A stretch of DNA of 64,000 bases. It comes from Eledone cirrhosa (taxonomy: Eukaryota). Below the pieces are notes generated by a model that worked only from the letters and a program-made list of their open reading frames with translations, was not told where the DNA came from and did not search any database. Position numbers and translations under genes: made by a program. This document shows, piece by piece, positions 26,301 through 39,300 of this stretch (position 1 is the stretch's first letter; each line of letters opens with the position of its first letter). The DNA is taken from assembly GCA_964016885.1 (NCBI GenBank), contig OZ024744.1, positions 129,332,001 through 129,396,000 of the forward strand. Direction: 5' to 3'.

Positions 26301-27389
26301 GTTGGGGTTAAGTTAAGTTGGGGTTAATTTAAGTTGGGGTTACATTAAGTTGAGGTTAAGTTAAGTTGGGGTTAAGTTAAGTTGGGTTTAAGTTAAGTTG
26401 GGGCTAAGTTAAGTTAAGGCTAAGTTAAGTTGGGGCTGAGTTAAGTTGGGGTTAAGTTAAGTTGGGGTTGAGTTAAGTTGGGGTTAAGTTAAGTTGGGGT
26501 TAAGTTAAGTTGGGGTTAAGTTAAGTTGGGGCTGAGTTAAGTTGGGATTACGTTAAGTTGGGGTTAAGGTAAGTTGGGGTAAAGTTAAGTTCGGGTTAAG
26601 TTAAGTTGGTGTTAAGTTAAGTTGGGGCTGAGTTAAGTTGGGGCTAAGTTAAGTTGGGTCTAAGTTAAGTTGGGGTTAAGTTAAGTTGGGGTTAAGTTAA
26701 GTTGGTGTTAAATTAAGTTGGGGTTAAGTTAAGTTGGTGTTAAGTTAAGTTGGGGTTAAGTTAAGTTGGGGTTAATTAAGTTGGGGTTAAGTTAAGTTGG
26801 GGTTAAGTTAATTGGGGTTAAATTAAGTTAGGGTTGAGTTAAGTTGGGGTTAAGTTAAGGTGGGGTTAAGTTAAGTTGGGGTCAACTTAAGTTGGGGTTA
26901 AGTTAAGTTGGGGTTAAGTTAAGTTGGGGTTAAGTTAAGTTGGGGTTAAGTTAAGTTGGGGTTACGTTAAGTTGGGGGTAAGTTAAGTTGGTGGTAAGTT
27001 AAGATGGGGTTAAGTTAAGTTGGGGTTAATTTAATTTGGGGTTAAGTTAAGTTAGGGTTAAGTTAAGTTGGGGTTATGTTAAGTTGGGGTTAAGTTAAGT
27101 TGGGGTTAAGTTAAGTTGGGGTTCAATTAAGTTGGGGTTAAGTTAAGTTGGGGGTAAGATAAGTTGGGGTTAGTTAAGTTGGGGTTAAGTTAAGTTGGGG
27201 TTAAGTTAAGTTGGGGTTAAGTTAAGTTGGGGTTAAGTTAAGTTGGGGTTAAGTTAAGTTGGGGTTAAGTTAAGTTGGTGTTAAATTAAGTTGGGGTTAA
27301 GTTAAGTTGGTGTTAAGTTAAGTTGGGGTTAAGTTAAGTTGGGGTTAATTAAGTTGGGGTTAAGTTAAGTTGGGGTTAAGTTAATTGGG

Positions 27390-30300
27390 GTTAAATTAAG
27401 TTAGGGTTGAGTTAAGTTGGGGTTAAGTTAAGGTGGGGTTAAGTTAAGTTGGGGTCAACTTAAGTTGGGGTTAAGTTAAGTTGGGGTTAAGTTAAGTTGG
27501 GGGTAAGATAAGTTGGGGTTAGTTAAGTTGGGGTTAAGTTAAGTTGGGGTTAAGTTAAGTTGGGGTTAAGTTACGTTGGGGTTAAGTTAAGTTGGGGTTA
27601 AGTTAAGTTGGGGTTAATTTAAGTTGGGGTTAATTTAAGTTGGGGTTAAGTTAAGTTGGGGTTAAGTTAAGTTGGGGTAAAGTTAAGTTGGGGGTAAGTT
27701 AAGTTGGGGTTAAGTTAAGTTGGGGTTAAGTTGGGGTTAAGTTAAGTTAGGGTTAACTTAAGTTGGGGTTGTGTTAAGTGGTGGTTATGTTAAGTGGTGG
27801 TTATGTTAAGTTGGGGTTAAGTTAAATTGGGGTTAAGTTAGGTTGCGGTTAAGTTAAGTTGGGGTTAAGTTAAGTTGGGGTTAAGTTAATTAGGGTTAAG
27901 TTAAGTTGGGGTTAAGTTAAGTTGGGGTTAAGTTAATTTGTTGTTAAGTTAAGTTGGGGTTAAGTTAAGTTGGGGTTAAGTTAAGTTGGGGATAAGTTAA
28001 GTTGGGGATAAGTTAAGTTGGGGTTAATTAAGTTGGGTTTAAGTTAAGTTGGGGTTAAGTTAAGTTGGGGTTAAGTTAAGTTGGGGTTAAGTTAAGTTGG
28101 TTAGTTAAGTTGAGTTTAAGTTAAGTTGGGGTTAATTTAAGTTGGGGTTAAGTTAAGTTGGGGTTAATTTAAGTTGGGATTAAGTTAAGTTGGGGTTAAG
28201 TTAAGTTGGGGTTCAGTTAAGTTGGGGTTAAGTTAAGTTGGGGTTAAGTTGGGGTAAAATTAAGTTGGGGTTAAGTTAAGTTGGGGTTAAGTTAAGTTGG
28301 GGTTAAGTTAAGTTGCGGTTAAGTTAAGTTGAGGTTAAGTTAAGTTGGAGTTAAGTTAAGTTGGGGTTAAGTTAAGTTGGGGCTAAGTTAAGTTGGGGCT
28401 AAGTTAAGTTGGGGCTAAGTTAAGTTGGGGTTAAGTTAACTTTGGGTTAAGTTAAGTTGGGTTTGAGTTAAGTTGGGGTTAATTAAGTTGGGGTTAAGTT
28501 AAGTTGGGGTTAATTTAAGTTGGGGTTATGTTAAGTTGGGGTTAAGTTAAGTTGGGGTTAAGTTAAGTTGGGGTTCAATTAAGTTGCGGTTAATTTAAGT
28601 TGGGGTTAAGTTAAGTTGGGGTTAAGTTAAGTTGGGGTTAAGTTAAGTTGGGGTTAAATTAAGTTGGGGTTAAATTAAGTTGGGGTTAAGTTAAGTTGGG
28701 GTTATGTTAAGTTGGTGTTAAGTTAAGTTGGGGTTAAGTTAAGTTGGGGTTAAGTTAGGTTGGTGTTAATTTAAGTTGGGGGTAAGTTAAGTTGGGGGTA
28801 AGTTAAGTTGGTGTTAAGTTAAGTTGGGGTTAATTTAAGTTGGGGTTAAGTTAAGTTGGGGTTAAGTTAGGGTCGAGTTAAGTTGGGGTTAAGTTAAGTT
28901 GGGGTTAAGTTAAGTTGGGGTTAATTTAATTTGTGGTTAAGTTAAGTTGGGGTTAAGTTAAGTTGGGGTTGAGTTAAGCTGGGGTTAAGTTAAGTTGAGG
29001 TTAAAGTTAAGTAGGGGTTAAATTATGTTGGGGTTAAGTTAAGTTGGGGTTAAGTTAAGTTGGGGTTAAGTTAAGTTGGGGATAAGTTAAGTTGGGGATA
29101 AGTTAAGTTGGGGTTAATTAAGTTGGGGTTAAGTTAAGTTGGGGTTAAGTTAAGTTGGTTAGTTAAGTTGAGTTTAAGTTAAGTTGGGCTTAATTTAAGT
29201 TGGGGTTAAGTTAAGTTGGGGTTAAGTTAAGTTGGGGTTAAGTTAAGTTGGGGTTAAGTTAAGTTGGGGTTCAGTCAAGTTGGGGTTAAGTTAAGTTGGG
29301 GTTAAGTTGGGGTAAAATTAAGTTGGGGTTAAGTTAAGTTGGGGTTAAGTTAAGTTGGGGTTAAGTTAAGTTGGGGTTAAGTTAAGTTGCGGTTAAGTTA
29401 AGTTGAGGTTAAGTTAAGTTGGGGTTAAGTTAAGTTGGGGTTAATTTAAGTTGGGGCTAAGTTAAGTTGGGGCTAAGTTAAGTTGGGGCTAAGTTAAGTT
29501 GGGGTTAAGTTAACTTTGGGTTAAGTTAAGTTGGGTTTGAGTTAAGTTGGGGTTAATTAAGTTGGGGTTAAGTTAAGTTGGGGTTAAGTTAAGTTGTGGT
29601 TAAGTTAAGTTGGGGTTAAGTTAAGTTGCGGTTAAGTTAAGTTGATGTTAAGTTAAGTTGGGGTTAAGTTAAGTTGGGGTTAAGTTAAGTTGGGGCTAAG
29701 TTAAGTTGGGGTTAAGTTAAGTTGGGGCTAAGTTAAGTTGGGGTTAAGTTAAGGTGGGGTTAAGTTAAGTTGGGGTCAACTTAAGTTGGGGTTAAGTTAT
29801 GTTGGGGTTAAGTTAAGTTGGGGTTAAGTTAAGTTGGGGTTACATTAAGTTGGGGGTAAGTTAAGTTGGTGGTAAGTTAAGTTGGGGGTAAGTTAAGATG
29901 GGGTTAAGTTAAGTTGGGGTTAATTTAATTTGGGGTTAAGTTAAGTTAGGGTTAAGTTGGGGTTATGTTAAGTTGGGGTTAAGTTAAGTTGGGGTTAAGT
30001 TAAGTTGGGGTTCAATTAAGTTGCGGTTAATTTAAGTTGGGTTTAAGTTAAGTTGGGGTTAAGTTAAGTTGGGGTTATGTTAAGTTGGTGTTAAGTTAAG
30101 TTGGGGATAAGTTAAGTTGGGGTTAAGTTAAGTTGGGGTTAAGTTAGGTTGGTGTTAAGTTAAGTTGGCGGTAAGTTAAGTTGGGGTTAAGTAAAGTTAG
30201 GGCTAAGTTAAGTTGGGGTTAAGTTAAGTTGGGGTTAATTTAAGTTGGGGTTACATTAAGTTGAGGTTAAGTTAAGTTGGGGTTAAGTTAAGTTGGGTTT

Positions 30301-33300
30301 AAGTTAAGTTGGGGCTAAGTTAAGTTAGGGCTAAGTTAAGTTGGGGCTGAGTTAAGTTGGGGTTAATTTAAGTTGGGTTTAAGTTAAGTTGGGGTTAAGT
30401 TAAGTTGGGGTTATGTTAAGTTGGTGTTAAGTTAAGTTGGGGTTAAGTTAAGTTGGGGTTAAGTTAAGTTGGGGTTAAGTTAGGTTGGTGTTAAGTTAAG
30501 TTGGCGGTAAGTTAAGTTGGGGGTAAGTTAAGTTGGTGTTAAGTTATGTTGGGGTTAAGTTAAGTTGGGGTTAAGTTAAGTTGGGTTTAAGTAAAGTTGG
30601 GGCTAAGTTAAGTTAGGGCTAAGTTAAGTTGGGGTTAAGTAAAGTTAGGGCTAAGTTAAGTTGGGGTTAAGTTAAGTTGGGGTTAATTTAAGTTGGGGTT
30701 ACATTAAGTTGAGGTTAAGTTAAGTTGGGGTTAAGTTAAGTTGGGTTTAAGTTAAGTTGGGGCTAAGTTAAGTTAAGGCTAAGTTAAGTTGGGGCTGAGT
30801 TAAGTTGGGGTTAAGTTAAGTTGGGGTTGAGTTAAGTTGGGGTTAAGTTAAGTTGGGGTTAAGTTAAGTTGGGGTTAAGTTAAGTTGGGGCTGAGTTAAG
30901 TTGGGATTACGTTAAGTTGGGGTTAAGGTAAGTTGGGGTTAAGTTAAGTTCGGGTTAAGTTAAGTTGGTGTTAAGTTAAGTTGGGGCTGAGTTAAGTTGG
31001 GGCTAAGTTAAGTTGGGTCTAAGTTAAGTTGGGGTTAAGTTAAGTTGGGGTTAAGTTAAGTTGGTGTTAAATTAAGTTGGGGTTAAGTTAAGTTGGTGTT
31101 AAGTTAAGTTGGGGTTAAGTTAAGTTGGGGTTAATTAAGTTGGGGTTAAGTTAAGTTGGGGTTAAGTTAATTGGGGTTAAATTAAGTTAGGGTTGAGTTA
31201 AGTTGGGGTTAAGTTAAGGTGGGGTTAAGTTAAGTTGGGGTCAACTTAAGTTGGGGTTAAGTTAAGTTGGGGTTAAGTTAAGTTGGGGTTAAGTTAAGTT
31301 GGGGTTAAGTTAAGTTGGGGTTACGTTAAGTTGGGGGTAAGTTAAGTTGGTGGTAAGTTAAGATGGGGTTAAGTTAAGTTGGGGTTAATTTAATTTGGGG
31401 TTAAGTTAAGTTAGGGTTAAGTTAAGTTGGGGTTATGTTAAGTTGGGGTTAAGTTAAGTTGGGGTTAAGTTAAGTTGGGGTTCAATTAAGTTGGGGTTAA
31501 GTTAAGTTGGGGGTAAGATAAGTTGGGGTTAGTTAAGTTGGGGTTAAGTTAAGTTGGGGTTAAGTTAAGTTGGGGTTAAGTTAAGTTGGGGTTAAGTTAA
31601 GTTGGGGTTAAGTTAAGTTGGTGTTAAATTAAGTTGGGGTTAAGTTAAGTTGGTGTTAAGTTAAGTTGGGGTTAAGTTAAGTTGGGGTTAATTAAGTTGG
31701 GGTTAAGTTAAGTTGGGGTTAAGTTAATTGGGGTTAAATTAAGTTAGGGTTGAGTTAAGTTGGGGTTAAGTTAAGGTGAGGTTAAGTTAAGTTGGGGTCA
31801 ACTTAAGTTGGGGTTAAGTTAAGTTGGGGTTAAGTTAAGTTGGGGGTAAGATAAGTTGGGGTTAGTTAAGTTGGGGTTAAGTTAAGTTGGGGTTAAGTTA
31901 AGTTGGGGTTAAGTTACGTTGGGGTTAAGTTAAGTTGGGGTTAAGTTAAGTTGGGGTTAATTTAAGTTGGGGTTAATTTAAGTTGGGGTTAAGTTAAGTT
32001 GGGGTTAAGTTAAGTTGGGGTAAAGTTAAGTTGGGGGTAAGTTAAGTTGGGGTTAAGTTAAGTTGGGGTTAAGTTGGGGTTAAGTTAAGTTAGGGTTAAC
32101 TTAAGTTGGGGTTGTGTTAAGTGGTGGTTATGTTAAGTGGTGGTTATGTTAAGTTGGGGTTAAGTTAAATTGGGGTTAAGTTAGGTTGCGGTTAAGTTAA
32201 GTTGGGGTTAAGTTAAGTTGGGGTTAAGTTAATTAGGGTTAAGTTAAGTTGGGGTTAAGTTAAGTTGGGGTTAAGTTAATTTGTTGTTAAGTTAAGTTGG
32301 GGTTAAGTTAAGTTGGGGTTAAGTTAAGTTGGGGATAAGTTAAGTTGGGGATAAGTTAAGTTGGGGTTAATTAAGTTGGGTTTAAGTTAAGTTGGGGTTA
32401 AGTTAAGTTGGGGTTAAGTTAAGTTGGGGTTAAGTTAAGTTGGTTAGTTAAGTTGAGTTTAAGTTAAGTTGGGGTTAATTTAAGTTGGGGTTAAGTTAAG
32501 TTGGGGTTAATTTAAGTTGGGATTAAGTTAAGTTGGGGTTAAGTTAAGTTGGGGTTCAGTTAAGTTGGGGTTAAGTTAAGTTGGGGTTAAGTTGGGGTAA
32601 AATTAAGTTGGGGTTAAGTTAAGTTGGGGTTAAGTTAAGTTGGGGTTAAGTTAAGTTGCGGTTAAGTTAAGTTGAGGTTAAGTTAAGTTGGAGTTAAGTT
32701 AAGTTGGGGTTAAGTTAAGTTGGGGCTAAGTTAAGTTGGGGCTAAGTTAAGTTGGGGCTAAGTTAAGTTGGGGTTAAGTTAACTTTGGGTTAAGTTAAGT
32801 TGGGTTTGAGTTAAGTTGGGGTTAATTAAGTTGGGGTTAAGTTAAGTTGGGGTTAATTTAAGTTGGGGTTACATTAAGTTGAGGTTAAGTTAAGTTGGGG
32901 TTAAGTTAAGTTGGGTTTAAGTTAAGTTGGGGCTAAGTTAAGTTAGGGCTAAGTTAAGTTGGCGCTAAGTTAAGTTGGGGTTAAGTTAAGTTGGGGTTGA
33001 GTTAAGTTGGGGTTAAGTTAAGTTGGGGTTAAGTTAAGTTGGGGTTAAGTTAAGTTGGGGCTGAGTTAAGTTGGGATTACGTTAAGTTCGGGTTAAGTTA
33101 AGTTGGTGTTAAGTTAAGTTGGGGCTGAGTTAAGTTGGGGCTAAGTTAAGTTGGGTCTAAGTTAAGTTGGGGTTAAGTTAAGTTGGGGTTAAGTTAAGTT
33201 GGTGTTAAATTAAGTTGGGGTTAAGTTAAGTTGGTGTTAAGTTAAGTTGGGGTTAAGTTAAGTTGGGGTTAATTAAGATGGGGTTAAGTTAAGTTGGGGT

Positions 33301-36300
33301 TAAGTTAATTGGGGTTAAATTAAGTTAGGGTTGAGTTAACTTGGGGTTAAGTTAAGGTGGGGTTAATTTAAGTTGGGGTCAACTTAAGTTGGGGTTAAGT
33401 TAAGTTGGGGTTAAGTTAAGTTGGGGTTAAGTTAAGTTGGAGTTAAGTTAAGTTGGGGTTACGTTAAGTTGGGGGTAAGTTAAGTTGGTGGTAAGTTAAG
33501 ATGGGGTTAAGTTAAGTTGGGGTTAATTTAATTTGGGGTTAAGTTAAGTTAGGGTTAAGTTAAGTTGGGGTTATGTTAAGTTGGGGTTAAGTTAAGTTGG
33601 GGTTAAGTTAAGTTGGGGTTCAATTAAGTTGGGGTTAAGTTAAGTTGGGGGTAAGATAAGTTGGGGTTAGTTAAGTTGGGGTTAAGTTAAGTTGGGGTTA
33701 AGTTAAGTTGGGGTTAAGTTAAGTTGGGGTTAAGTTAAGTTGGGGTTAAGTTAAGTTGGGGTTAAGTTAAGTTGGTGTTAAATTAAGTTGGGGTTAAGTT
33801 AAGTTGGTGTTAAGTTAAGTTGGGGTTAAGTTAAGTTGGGGTTAATTAAGTTGGGGTTAAGTTAAGTTGGGGTTAAGTTAATTGGGGTTAAATTAAGTTG
33901 GGGTTGAGTTAAGTTGGGGTTAAGTTAAGGTGGGGTTAAGTTAAGTTGGGGTCAACTTAAGTTGGGGTTAAGTTAAGTTGGGGTTAAGTTAAGTTGGGGG
34001 TAAGATAAGTTGGGGTTAGTTAAGTTGGGGTTAAGTTAAGTTGGGGTTAAGTTAAGTTGGGGTTAAGTTAAGTTGGGGTTAAGTTAAGTTGGGGTTAAGT
34101 TAAGTTGGGGTGAATTTAAGTTGGGGTTAATTTAAGTTGGGGTTAAGTTAAGTTGGGGTTAAGTTAAGTTGGGGTAAAGTTAAGTTGGGGGTAAGTTAAG
34201 TTGGGGTTAAGTTAAGTTGGGGTTAAGTTGGGGTTAAGTTAAGTTAGGGTTAACTTAAGTTGGGGTTGTGTTAAGTGGTGGTTATGTTAAGTGGTGGTTA
34301 TGTTAAGTTGGGGTTAAGTTAAATTGGGGTTAAGTTAGGTTGCGGTTAAGTTAAGTTGGGTTTAAGTTAAGTTGGGGTTAAGTTAATTAGGGTTAAGTTA
34401 AGTTGGGGTTAAGTTAAGTTGGGGTTAAGTTAATTTGTTGTTAAGTTAAGTTGGGGTTAAGTTAAGTTGGGGTTAAGTTAAGTTGGGGTTAAGTTAAGTT
34501 GGGGTTAAGTTAAGTTGGGGTTAAGTTAAGTTGCGGTTAAGTTAAGTTGATGTTAAGTTAAGTTGGGGTTAAGTTAAGTTGGGGTTAAGTTAAGTTGGGG
34601 CTAAGTTAAGTTGGGGCTAAGTTAAGTTGGGGCTAAGTTAAGTTGGGGTTAAGTTAAGGTGGGGTTAAGTTAAGTTGGGGTCAACTTAAGTTGGGGTTAA
34701 GTTATGTTGGGGTTAAGTTAAGTTGGGGTTAAGTTAAGTTGGGGTTACATTAAGTTGGGGGTAAGTTAAGTTGGTGGTAAGTTAAGTTGGGGGTAAGTTA
34801 AGTTGGGGTTAAGTTAGGTTGGTGTTAATTTAAGTTGGGGGTAAGTTAAGTTGGGGGTAAGTTAAGTTGGTGTTAAGTTAAGTTGGGGTTAAGTTAAGTT
34901 GGGGTTAAGTTAAGTTGGGGTTAAGTTAAGTTGGGGCTGAGTTAAGTTGGGATTACGTTAAGTTCGGGTTAAGTTAAGTTGGTGTTAAGTTAAGTTGGGG
35001 CTGAGTTAAGTTGGGGCTAAGTTAAGTTGGGTCTAAGTTAAGTTGGGGTTAAGTTAAGTTGGGGTTAAGTTAAGTTGGTGTTAAATTAAGTTGGGGTTAA
35101 GTTAAGTTGGTGTTAAGTTAAGTTGGGGTTAAGTTAAGTTGGGGTTAATTAAGATGGGGTTAAGTTAAGTTGGGGTTAAGTTAATTGGGGTTAAATTAAG
35201 TTAGGGTTGAGTTAACTTGGGGTTAAGTTAAGGTGGGGTTAAGTTAAGTTGGGGTCAACTTAAGTTGGGGTTAAGTTAAGTTGGGGTTAAGTTAAGTTGG
35301 GGTTAAGTTAAGTTGGGGTTAAGTTAAGTTGGGGTTACGTTAAGTTGGGGGTAAGTTAAGTTGGTGGTAAGTTAAGATGGGGTTAAGTTAAGTTGGGGTT
35401 AATTTAATTTGGGGTTAAGTTAAGTTAGGGTTAAGTTAAGTTGGGGTTATGTTAAGTTGGGGTTAAGTTAAGTTGGGGTTAAGTTAAGTTGGGGTTCAAT
35501 TAAGTTGGGGTTAAGTTAAGTTGGGGGTAAGATAAGTTGGGGTTAGTTAAGTTGGGGTTAAGTTAAGTTGGGGTTAAGTTAAGTTGGGGTTAAGTTAAGT
35601 TGGGGTTAAATTAAGTTAGGGTTGAGTTAAGTTGGGGTTAAGTTAAGGTGGGGTTAAGTTAAGTTGGGGTCAACTTAAGTTGGGGTTAAGTTAAGTTGGG
35701 GTTAAGTTAAGTTGGGGGTAAGATAAGTTGGGGTTAGTTAAGTTGGGGTTAAGTTAAGTTGGGGTTAAGTTAAGTTGGGGTTAAGTTACGTTGGGGTTAA
35801 GTTAAGTTGGGGTTAAGTTAAGTTGGGGTTAATTTAAGTTGGGGTTAATTTAAGTTGGGGTTAAGTTAAGTTGGGGTTAAGTTAAGTTGGGGTAAAGTTA
35901 AGTTGGGGGTAAGTTAAGTTGGGGTTAAGTTAAGTTGGGGTTAAGTTGGGGTTAAGTTAAGTTAAGGTTAACTTAAGTTGGGGTTGTGTTAAGTGGTGGA
36001 TATGTTAAGTGGTGGTTATGTTAAGTTGGGGTTAAGTTAAATTGGGGTTAAGTTAGGTTGCGGTTAAGTTAAGTTGGGGTTAAGTTAAGTTGGGGTTAAG
36101 TTAATTAGGGTTAAGTTAAGTTGGGGTTAAGTTAAGTTGGGGTTAAGTTAATTTGTTGTTAAGTTAAGTTGGGGTTAAGTTAAGTTGGGGTTAAGTTAAG
36201 TTGGGGATAAGTTAAGTTGGGGATAAGTTAAGTTGGGGTTAATTAAGTTGGGTTTAAGTTAAGTTGGGGTTAAGTTAAGTTGGGGTTAAGTTAAGTTGGG

Positions 36301-39300
36301 GTTAAGTTAAGTTGGTTAGTTAAGTTGAGTTTAAGTTAAGTTGGGGTTAATTTAAGTTGGGGTTAAGTTAAGTTGGGGTTAATTTAAGTTGGGATTAAGT
36401 TAAGTTGGGGTTAAGTTAAGTTGGGGTTCAGTTAAGTTGGGGTTAAGTTAAGTTGGGGTTAAGTTGGGGTAAAATTAAGTTGGGGTTAAGTTAAGTTGGG
36501 GTTAAGTTAAGTTGGGGTTAAGTTAAGTTGCGGTTAAGTTAAGTTGAGGTTAAGTTAAGTTGGAGTTAAGTTAAGTTGGGGTTAAGTTAAGTTGGGGCTA
36601 AGTTAAGTTGGGGCTAAGTTAAGTTGGGGGTAAGTTAAGTTGGGGTTAAGTTAACTTTGGGTTAAGTTAAGTTGGGTTTGAGTTAAGTTGGGGTTAATTA
36701 AGTTGGGGTTAAGTTAAGTTGGGGTTAATTTAAGTTGGGGTTATGTTAAGTTGGGGTTAAGTTAAGTTGGGGTTAAGTTAAGTTGGGGTTCAATTAAGTT
36801 GCGGTTAATTTAAGTTGGGGTTAAGTTAAGTTGGGGTTAAGTTAAGTTGGGGTTAAGTTAAGTTGGGGTTAAATTAAGTTGGGGTTAAATTAAGTTGGGG
36901 TTAAGTTAAGTTGGGGTTATGTTAAGTTGGTGTTAAGTTAAGTTGGGGTTAAGTTAAGTTGGGGTTAAGTTAGGTTGGTGTTAATTTAAGTTGGGGGTAA
37001 GTTAAGTTGGGGGTAAGTTAAGTTGGTGTTAAGTTAAGTTGGGGTTAAGTTAAGTTGGGGTTAAGTTAAGTTGGGGTTAAGTTAGGGTCGAGTTAAGTTG
37101 GGGTTAAGTTAAGTTGGGGTTAAGTTAAGTTGGGGTTAATTTAATTTGTGGTTAAGTTAAGTTGGGGTTAAGTTAAGTTGGGGTTGAGTTAAGCTGGGGT
37201 TAAGTTAAGTTGAGGTTAAAGTTAAGTAGGGGTTAAATTATGTTGGGGTTAAGTTAAGTTGGGGTTAAGTTAAGTTGGGGTTAAGTTAAGTTGGGGATAA
37301 GTTAAGTTGGGGATAAGTTAAGTTGGGGTTAATTAAGTTGGGGTTAAGTTAAGTTGGGGTTAAGTTAAGTTGGTTAGTTAAGTTGAGTTTAAGTTAAGTT
37401 GGGCTTAATTTAAGTTGGGGTTAAGTTAAGTTGGGGTTAAGTTAAGTTGGGGTTAAGTTAAGTTGGGGTTAAGTTAAGTTGGGGTTCAGTCAAGTTGGGG
37501 TTAAGTTAAGTTGGGGTTAAGTTGGGGTAAAATTAAGTTGGGGTTAAGTTAAGTTGGGGTTAAGTTAAGTTGGGGTTAAGTTAAGTTGGGGTTAAGTTAA
37601 GTTGCGGTTAAGTTAAGTTGAGGTTAAGTTAAGTTGGGGTTAAGTTAAGTTGGGGTTAATTTAAGTTGGGGCTAAGTTAAGTTGGGGCTAAGTTAAGTTG
37701 GGGCTAAGTTAAGTTGGGGTTAAGTTAACTTTGGGTTAAGTTAAGTTGGGTTTGAGTTAAGTTGGGGTTAATTAAGTTGGGGTTAAGTTAAGTTGGGGTT
37801 AAGTTAAGTTGTGGTTAAGTTAAGTTGGGGTTAAGTTAAGTTGCGGTTAAGTTAAGTTGATGTTAAGTTAAGTTGGGGTTAAGTTAAGTTGGGGTTAAGT
37901 TAAGTTGGGGCTAAGTTAAGTTGGGGTTAAGTTAAGTTGGGGCTAAGTTAAGTTGGGGTTAAGTTAAGGTGGGGTTAAGTTAAGTTGGGGTCAACTTAAG
38001 TTGGGGTTAAGTTATGTTGGGGTTAAGTTAAGTTGGGGTTAAGTTAAGTTGGGGTTACATTAAGTTGGGGGTAAGTTAAGTTGGTGGTAAGTTAAGTTGG
38101 GGGTAAGTTAAGATGGGGTTAAGTTAAGTTGGGGTTAATTTAATTTGGGGTTAAGTTAAGTTAGGGTTAAGTTAAGTTGGGGTTATGTTAAGTTGGGGTT
38201 AAGTTAAGTTGGGGTTAAGTTAAGTTGGGGTTCAATTAAGTTGCGGTTAATTTAAGTTGGGTTTAAGTTAAGTTGGGGTTAAGTTAAGTTGGGGTTATGT
38301 TAAGTTGGTGTTAAGTTAAGTTGGGGATAAGTTAAGTTGGGGTTAAGTTAAGTTGGGGTTAAGTTAGGTTGGTGTTAAGTTAAGTTGGCGGTAAGTTAAG
38401 TTGGGGTTAAGTAAAGTTAGGGCTAAGTTAAGTTGGGGTTAAGTTAAGTTGGGGTTAATTTAAGTTGGGGTTACATTAAGTTGAGGTTAAGTTAAGTTGG
38501 GGTTAAGTTAAGTTGGGTTTAAGTTAAGTTGGGGCTAAGTTAAGTTAGGGCTAAGTTAAGTTGGGGCTGAGTTAAGTTGGGGTTAATTTAAGTTGGGTTT
38601 AAGTTAAGTTGGGGTTAAGTTAAGTTGGGGTTATGTTAAGTTGGTGTTAAGTTAAGTTGGGGTTAAGTTAAGTTGGGGTTAAGTTAAGTTGGGGTTAAGT
38701 TAGGTTGGTGTTAAGTTAAGTTGATGGTAAGTTAAGTTGGCGGTAAGTTAAGTTGGTGTTAAGTTATGTTGGGGTTAAGTTAAGTTGGGGTTAAGTTAAG
38801 TTGGGTTTAAGTTAAGTTGGGGCTAAGTTAAGTTAGGGCTAAGTTAAGTTGGGGTTAAGTAAAGTTAGGGCTAAGTTAAGTTGGGGTTAAGTTAAGTTGG
38901 GGTTAATTTAAGTTGGGGTTACATTAAGTTGAGGTTAAGTTAAGTTGGGGTTAAGTTAAGTTGGGTTTAAGTTAAGTTGGGGCTAAGTTAAGTTAAGGCT
39001 AAGTTAAGTTGGGGCTGAGTTAAGTTGGGGTTAAGTTAAGTTGGGGTTGAGTTAAGTTGGGGTTAAGTTAAGTTGGGGTTAAGTTAAGTTGGGGTTAAGT
39101 TAAGTTGGGGCTGAGTTAAGTTGGGATTACGTTAAGTTGGGGTTAAGGTAAGTTGGGGTTAAGTTAAGTTCGGGTTAAGTTAAGTTGGTGTTAAGTTAAG
39201 TTGGGGCTGAGTTAAGTTGGGGCTAAGTTAAGTTGGGTCTAAGTTAAGTTGGGGTTAAGTTAAGTTGGGGTTAAGTTAAGTTGGTGTTAAATTAAGTTGG

